Position numbers and translations under genes: made by a program
The notes under the pieces: model-generated
Seen by the model: only the letters and a program-made list of their open reading frames with translations
Told to the model about the DNA's origin: nothing
The model's database searches: none
In this document: in pieces, positions 57,574 to 64,000 of the stretch
Layout of the letters: each line of letters opens with the position of its first letter
Numbering within the stretch: position 1 is the first letter of the stretch
Source: the human T2T-CHM13v2.0 reference genome, Homo sapiens
NCBI RefSeq assembly: GCF_009914755.1
Contig: NC_060927.1
Direction: 5' to 3' (one strand)
DNA: 64,000 bases

Positions 57574-58579
57574 TGTCTCATTTCTTTAATACGAGGTACT
57601 AAACTGTCACTGAGTAAATAGTAGACATTTGATTATTATTTGACTCTGAATATTTTTTGAAAAAAGGAACATTTCATAAGAAAGCCTGAAATGAGACATG
57701 AGCAGAATTCTGGGGTATAGAAATGATTTTTAAGTTGAGACAAGAATAGTGAAGCTTGAGACGACATTATTCCTTGCCTCCTTTAGACTTTCTTCAGCCT
57801 CCACCTAGCAAAGTAAAAGTCTTGTCATAGCAGTCTGTTGCATTGTATTCCCTGGGTCTAAGGCAGAAATGTGTACGTGCTCCAATAACCCTTGTTTGTT
57901 GTGCTGTGGAATCACGTTCATTTCTGATTAAGGTGAAATCAGTAGCTTTCTGATACGGTCTCTCACTCACTTTTTATCAATGGCAACCTTTTTCCTAAAA
58001 ATAGGAATTTCTGCTGGGAGTGTTTTAATATAAATTGTCTGTGCTCAGCCTGAAATATGTGTGATTCATACCATGTGTTTGTTCCCACATCAACACTAAG
58101 TCCCAAGATACAATTACCCCTGCCCACTCTCTCCTTCGTCATGGGGAATGTGTTTATCCTTTAGATATCAGCACCTTGGGTAAGAGCCAATCTCCTTATA
58201 TGCCTTGGTTTGCACACCTGCATTGTCTGACCACAGCTGACCCTTTGAGTCTGCTCTTACTCTATTTTTACCTTAAAGAACACTCGTGTTTGCCAAGTAC
58301 ACTTGCACATTGCAGAGTTCCTTCTATATCTTTATGCTCATGTTGTAAATATGTTAAATACTTGTTCTCCATTTAAGGCCTTCTCAATTCTGTCGCCATA
58401 TAGCTCTCTCTGATTTCTCTATTCAGCTACTTTCTCTCTTTCCTCTCTCTCATTTTGCTTTTTTCTCGAACATCTTGTGTGTCTTACCTACATGTAGTCT
58501 GCCTTCTAATATGGACATTTGTGGATAAACTAGTTTCTTCAATGCAACTGTAAGCTCTTGGCAGAGAACCCCTGATCCA

Positions 58580-58906
58580 TTCTCTTTCCCTCCCTCCCCT
58601 TCCTTCTCCCTCTCCCTCCTTTCCTTTCTTTCTTCCCTCCCTGCCCCCCTCCCTCCCTCCCTCCTTCCTCCTTCCTTCCTACCTGCTTCCCTCCTTTCTT
58701 CCTACCTGCCTCCCTCCCTCCCTCCTTCCTTTCTACCTGACTCTCTCCCTCCCTCCTTCCCTCCCTTCCTCCCTTCCTTCCTCCCTTCCTCCCTCCCTCA
58801 CTCCCTTCCCTCCCTTCCCTCCTTCCTTTCCCTCCCTTCCCTCCCTTCCTTCCCTCCCTGCCTTCCTCCCTCCCCTCTCTCCCTCCCTCCCTCCCTTGTC
58901 CCTCTT
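58580..58906. repeat. About 325-bp polypyrimidine/polypurine tract (CCCT, CCTT and CTCCCTTCC units)
   Basis: Almost exclusively C/T on the + strand; explains the 126-aa G/R/E/K pseudo-ORF on the - strand. Confidence 0.95.
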
Positions 58907-59139
58907 GCCTGAACTTCATATCAGTGTGTCTTGAATATTTGAAAAATATTTATAGGAAAGTGAATGAAACCTATCCTAAATGGAGAAGTAGATGGCAAAA
59001 AAGGGTATTAGAGCTTGGCTTTTCAATTGTAATTGTAGCCATGACCTAATTTTTGGTAATCTAATAGGCCCATATAATCTCTGCTTGGTGTTAGAAGGGA
59101 AGACCTTTCACCTTTTGTGTTTTCTTCCTAATGTCATGC

Positions 59140-59350
59140 AAAGTGCTAGAGCTTTGGAGCAAAATGTTTGATTTCCAAATTCCAATTCTTCCATTTACTG
59201 CCCGAGTAACCCTAGAAAGTTCTCTTTTTCTCTCTGATCCTTGGGCTATCCTCTTTTGAAAACAGGAATAATAACATCTACTAATCTCTAGGATTGCTGG
59301 AATAGCTCGATGAGATCGTATATATGAAAATGCTTTTCTAAACCTGAGCA
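59140..59350 (+). mobile_element. MIR
   Basis: agagctttggagc...ttcaaattcc-like...ccatttactg...ataataacatctac...ggattgctg...atgagatcgtatatatgaaaatgc. Confidence 0.7.
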
Positions 59351-59832
59351 CTTCTCTGTGATAATGGCCGTACAGAGGGAGCTATGATATTTTCCCTCTT
59401 GTTTTCCCAGTAGTGACTATGTCCCAGGCTGTGTGCAGTGGACTGGGTAGCTGCCTAGTAATATTGCTGGCTTGTAGGATATTTCCTGTTTTATATGTTC
59501 TTAAGAAGATCAGTTGAAATGTACGAGATGTCGTTTTGGAAAAGATGTTTCACAGTGGGAGGTGTTAAAGTTTTAGTCCTACTTCAGCCCCTTCACTATA
59601 CAAACTACCTTACCTTTTTGGGGGAATTGTATTATCTTTAAATGAAAATGATGGAATAGCGACGTAAATTCCCCTTCTAGTTCTAATATTTTATGAGCCT
59701 TATTTCCATTTTCTATGCTTATCAACTATAAATGATTCTCTTGCAGTTGTTCAAACATCTTTTATCTGCACATCCTCATCAATGGTATTTAACATATAGA
59801 ATCAGAACCACAAATGTTTGAAGAAAATTCTC

Positions 59833-60118
59833 GGCCAGACATGGTGGCTCACACCTGTAATCCCAGCACTTTGGGAGGCCTAGGTGGGTGGATCGCCTGA
59901 GGTCAGGAGTTTGAGACCGGCCTGGCTAACATGATGAAACCCCATCTAAAAATACAAAATTAGCCAGGCGTGTTGGCACGCACTTGTAATCCTAGCTACT
60001 CGGGAGGCTTAGGCAGGAGAATTGCTTGAACCTGGGAGACGGAGGTGGTTCAATGAGCCAAGGTTGCAGTGAGTGCCATTGCGCTCTAGTCTGGGCAACA
60101 AGAGCAAAACCCGGTCTA

Positions 60119-60157
<39 letters not shown>

Positions 60158-60158
60158 A
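59833..60158 (+). mobile_element. Alu (AluS) with (TAAA)n tail and a small internal duplication
   Basis: ggaggtggttcaatgagccaaggttgcagtgag repeats the ggttgcagtgag segment. Confidence 0.93.
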
Positions 60159-61991
60159 GTTCCCACCCTCTGTACGTTTCCATGGCATGACGCTTTGCTT
60201 TATATCTCTGAGTACATGATATGGAATATGGGACATGGGAATTGAATACTTTTTTATGGTTTCCAATTTTGGTAACATTTAAGGGGTCAAACAAGAGTTC
60301 AAGAAAAAAAATACTTGAAAATGATGAGCTAATGTATAAAGTTAACATCACATTTCTAACTATTTGAATTTTGGGGAATGTGAGAAAGTGGCTTTTGAAA
60401 TGTATCATGCCTGAGCTTATTAAGCCTGTGTTACCAAAATGAAAAATAAGAAACATGTCTTCCTTGAGGTTTTAAAAAACAAAATCAATAGCAAAATTAC
60501 CTGACAAGTTCTGTTTGATTCATAAATCCACACAATTGTTGCACATCTCCAGCCCCCTCACCACATATGAAAGTTTTCTTAATGTAAAAGTAAACCTTTT
60601 CTCCCCTACCTCTAAAAACTTCTGTCTACCAATTTTATTATTTCATGTTATTTTGTTATGCAAAGGATTCCTGGAAAAATATCCATGATCCTAGATGATC
60701 TTATGGATATCTTTATAGGTATTTCAATGTAGAAATTTCAAATAAATGTATTTCCCTTTTATGCACAAACACAGAGTTCAGAAAAGACAGTTCATTTAGA
60801 GTTTGCTAAACTGTGTGTGTGGACTAACTGGTAAGGTGACGCTCTAGGATGGCACAGCTTGCCTAGATAATCTGTAGCAGTGGTTTTTAAACTATTAATT
60901 TCTTAGAATTGCTTCAGGAAATATTACTAAAGGAGATGGGGGATAAAGCAGCTCTGTCTGTATATGTTTCATACAATGGGTTTCCGTGTCTGATTTCATT
61001 TTACCAGGGGATCTGCTGCTTAAAAAGGGGGTGCCAAATATCTATTTTACTGTCAAATAGTTCATCTTATTGTGATTATTCTTAGAGTTCCTGTTTTATT
61101 GATGAATAGATAATATATGTATTGTTCCTTATTATTATCTATGCAAATTGACCTTTATTTTAATTGTAAGGGGTTACTTTAAAAATATATTATTTATATT
61201 ATTTTTATTTTATAAGGATTGGAATTCAGTAGAAATCATTCAACGAGTAGGTAAATATTGTGAAAAGTGAGGGGTTTTTGTTGCATATTTAGTTTTGCTT
61301 TCTTATTTGAATAGAACAGTGAACAGTGAGGCTACTTGTGTATACCCAAGTTCAGATCACTTTAACCATGACCCTGCCCTTACTTATAAAAGAGTTGGCT
61401 TAAACTCGGAGTTGGCCTAACTCTTACGGGTTTAGTCTGATGGCTTTTGAACAGCAAAGATAGTGACAGGCAAGTTGTGAAATGTCATTATAGATCTATG
61501 CAGTATTAGAGGTTAAAAAAATAGAAAACGACCTGGAAGGTGCATACCCTCATTTTTGTAGAGGTAAAAGTTGAGTTCCAGAAAGTCAAAGAAACTGCTT
61601 GATAATATCAGCGGGACTTGGTCTTGTTTAGGCTGCTTCAGTAGGGCTGATTGTGTGAAACAGAGGCCCCCTGGAGTAGCGCTGAATCATGGAGTTTATC
61701 TTAAGGATGGATCTGAATGAGATCTGATATCAGGAAGCTCAGGGTCAGGGCAGATCTGTGGCTGAACTCTTCCATCTATTTTTCTTCTCATTGTTTTTTT
61801 TCCCTCTCTCCCTTCCTCTTTTCCTCTCCTCTCCATTCCTCTGCTTCTCTAGTGTTCGCTTGTTCATTGTTTTCCTCCACCCAATGATAGACTTCCTACC
61901 TCCTGTTGTATGTTTGGATTGTTAATAATTAACCATGTACATCATCTTTTTGGTTGATCACAGCCATAGCTCATCCCTGTGGCAATTTTTT

Positions 61992-62338
<347 letters not shown>

Positions 62339-62651
62339 TAAGAGAAGGAGATTTATTTGCCCATCTAATCTCCTTGTCACTGTCCAAAAGTTAGGTTCAC
62401 CAGCCTATTTATGGACCCTTGGTTCTGTGGGCCTCAGTGTTCTGAAATGGAGTCACATGGTTGAAAACATGGCTGTTTTGGCAACAAAGAATGGGGGCAG
62501 GACCATTTCCTTTAAAGGAGATTTGGGTTGGCCAAACATTGCTAACACTGGGTGAGTGTGTTAGGGCTGAAAAGGATGAAATAATGTAAATTGTGAGGAA
62601 AAAAAATTCAAGCATTTATCAAGCGTAGCATTTATGTTCTATGTTGACGTT

Positions 62652-63067
62652 TGATACGGCTTGGATGTTTTTTCCCTCCAAATCATGTCAGAATGTGATC
62701 TCCAGTGTTTGAAGTGGGGCCTAATGGGAGATACTCGATCACAGAGGTGAATCTCTTATGGGGGTTTAGTGCCATCCCCTTGGTAATGAGTGAGTTCTTC
62801 CTCTGGGTTCACACGAGATCTGGTTGTTTAGAGAGTGTGGTACCTCTCCCCAAGCCTTGTTCCTCCTCTCGCCATATGACATGGTAGCTCCCTGTTGCCT
62901 TCATTCATGATTATAAGCTTCCTGAGGCTCTCATCAGAAACTGACTGGATATTGACACCATGCTTCTTATATAGCCTGCATAGTCATGAGCCAATTTAAC
63001 CTCTTTTCTTTATAAATTACCCAGCCTCAGCTATTGTTCTATAGTGATGCAAAAATGGCCTAATGTA
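62652..63067 (+). mobile_element. MST (MSTB-like) MaLR solo LTR
   Basis: tgatacggcttggatgttt...cctcttttctttataaattacccagcctcag...ggcctaatgta; perfect 5-bp TSD acgtt (62647-62651 / 63068-63072). Confidence 0.9.
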
Positions 63068-64000
63068 ACGTTTTTGTGCTTTATCATGAAAAACTCTTGT
63101 CTTCTGTTGTTACCTTATTTCTTGTTTATTTAATGCTGTGTTCTCAGTTGTCAAGCCAGTATTGCACTTCAGATTATGGAAATGTATTCCCCCTTATGAA
63201 TGCTCTAGTGTTTGCTCCCAAGACAGCTTTTGCGACAACTTTTCCCACTGCCTTTAACATGTGGAGAAGATGTCCTTCTCGGATATTAATAAGACTTGAG
63301 TTTAGGCCTGGTTTTGCATATTAGAAAAGTTGAATTGTATTTCTGTTGGCCATTAGATAAGAAGGATTTTAGGGAAGGGGACTGTTTTTGTTTTTAAATT
63401 TGTGTCTCTTCCACATAGTTTTACAAAGAGTATCAAATAACATAGTGAATTTGATATCTCTAGGCAAAAGTGCAAGTGATATTTTTCAGTAGAATACATA
63501 TATATATAAACTCCTCAAGGTTGGGTATCATGGCTTTTTTACACTGCATACTACTTAGCATAAACTATTTTCTAGAGCAGCATGGGAGAAAAGCCATCCA
63601 CTCAAATCCATCATGAGAGTTACCCTATGAACATTGGTGTCATGGAAAATTAGACAAAGAGGAGTCAGTTATCAAGTTAGTGGGTTATTTGTAAGTCCTC
63701 CTCCCCTGGAGAAGGGTACATTTGGGGAGATAGATAGGTAAGGTTTTTGGAAAGCTAAACACTTCAACTGAATGACTGGGAAAGAGGATACACATCCCAA
63801 TAGGAATGCATTCATTTTTTCCCTAACTTACAACAGTTTGTATCTCATTCCATAAAATGACATTTCTATTAGATAAAATAGATCATATTTTCTGCAATTC
63901 TCACTACTGAATACGGCCTGTGTCCACTGAACATTACCAGGATCCGTTTGGTGAGGCTGCTCATATTACTATACAGCATGAGAGATTATATTAAATAGAA

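Noticed and set aside
58539-58919. 126-aa G/R/E/K-rich ORF
   Set aside because: Translation of a purine-rich simple repeat that lacks stop codons because of its base composition.
60263-60272. Perfect CArG box CCAATTTTGG (LPP is an SRF/myocardin target)
   Set aside because: Several CC(A/T)6GG matches are expected by chance in 64 kb of AT-rich DNA, and there is no supporting context.

Overview
Human (or great-ape) genomic DNA: AT-rich, CpG-poor and dense in Alu, L1, MIR, L2, MaLR-LTR and MER repeats. The only coding sequence I can support is one 113-nt + strand exon (32130-32242) encoding (G)DFLPPPPPPLDDSSALPSISGNFPPPPPLDEEAFKVQ. I recognise this as the Ena/VASP-binding proline-rich segment of LPP (lipoma-preferred partner), so the rest of the window is read as two long LPP introns. 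The supplied ORFs appear to be repeat-derived or chance ORFs, and I see no prokaryote-type system. The most unusual signal is a perfect 28-bp tandem duplication of this exon's splice donor, which creates a second strong donor. Using it would give a 141-nt exon that is frameshifting in linear mRNA but stop-free and ATG-containing if circularised. Other observations: a duplicated ACTAAT (QKI/SF1-type) motif upstream of the exon, a young AluYa-type insertion downstream, a 39-bp repeat carrying donor and acceptor motifs, a candidate recursive splice site, a miniature direct-inverted-direct rearrangement with microsatellite expansion, and an old ~115-bp local duplication. Repeat subfamily names were assigned by eye from remembered consensus sequences, and boundaries of old repeats are approximate.
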